From Pecten maximus (taxonomy: Eukaryota): 64,000 bases of DNA. A program made the translations under genes and the position numbers. Every line of letters begins with the position of its first letter. Position 1 is the stretch's first letter. Location: NCBI RefSeq assembly GCF_902652985.1, contig NC_047023.1, forward strand, positions 16,616,001 to 16,680,000, written 5' to 3'. The notes beneath the pieces were generated by a model, which worked only from the letters and a program-made list of their open reading frames with translations, did no database searches and was not told the DNA's origin. This document shows positions 63,401-64,000 of the stretch, piece by piece.

Positions 63401-64000
63401 AACAAATGATGTTATTAGCGTGGGCACACGTAAATGTATTAAATATATATATCTATTTCTGACACTTGTGAGGTAACCAATGAGGGTACTGTTTTTGGTA
63501 TTAACTATTTCTGCGTACATCTTTTCTCCAACATCAAAAGTTGCTTAGAAGCATGCGCCAGAATATAATGTAGTAAAAGAAGGAAAGAATATACAAACTT
63601 TGTTATTAAGAAAAGGTACATCCCCATTGGTTTAAAAAATAATTACCAGTCAGGTTACTTTTCTGATGGAGTTGTACGCGTTCGTACTTATGAGGTTATT
63701 TTTATTCCTGTATTCAAGTTGAAATCCTTACTATAAAACAAATTTGCGAGAATTCAGTTTCTCAGTTAAAGATATGTTACCATTACACTGCACTGCTAAG
63801 AAGCTTAGTTGTGAAATACTCTCTACAATACATTGTACATGTATGTAACAATGCTTGTGTGTATTTTCTGATGGGGAGTATTCTCCAGGTCCAGGAATTC
63901 GCATTGTAGGATTGTTTAATGAGATAAGATGTGAAGACCACGAGCCATGACAGGTGACACAAGGTATGTACACGTACTCGGTACGTGCTCTGTATAGGCG

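Noticed and set aside
63731-64000. Minus-strand frame open to the window edge containing PGPGEYSP (SHIPPO/ODF3-like motif)
   Set aside because: Single motif with no repeats or context; needs the neighbouring window

Overview
AT-rich eukaryotic genomic DNA. The repeat content (V-domain and CORE-type tRNA-derived SINEs, HINE-like satellite fragment, Crypton and CR1 remnants) suggests a marine invertebrate, probably a bivalve mollusc; this is inference. No intact host gene could be supported. The main feature is a complete, apparently young Ngaro-type tyrosine-recombinase retrotransposon (6718-13014; A1-gag-RT/RNaseH-YR-B1-A2-spacer-B2) with identical split direct repeats, inserted without target-site duplication into a ~44-bp minisatellite. 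It carries several candidate RNA-level signals: a canonical -1 frameshift cassette at gag/pol, an AUGA stop-start at pol/YR, a long-range stem unique to B1, and an array of bulged hairpins between A2 and B2. Elsewhere there are a dead mariner, a Crypton remnant, foldback MITEs whose palindromes carry symmetric tandem G-A mismatches, three SINEs, LINE and LTR fragments and many minisatellites. One minisatellite (45277-46155) is built from a minimal type I hammerhead ribozyme fold with a mutated GAAA box.
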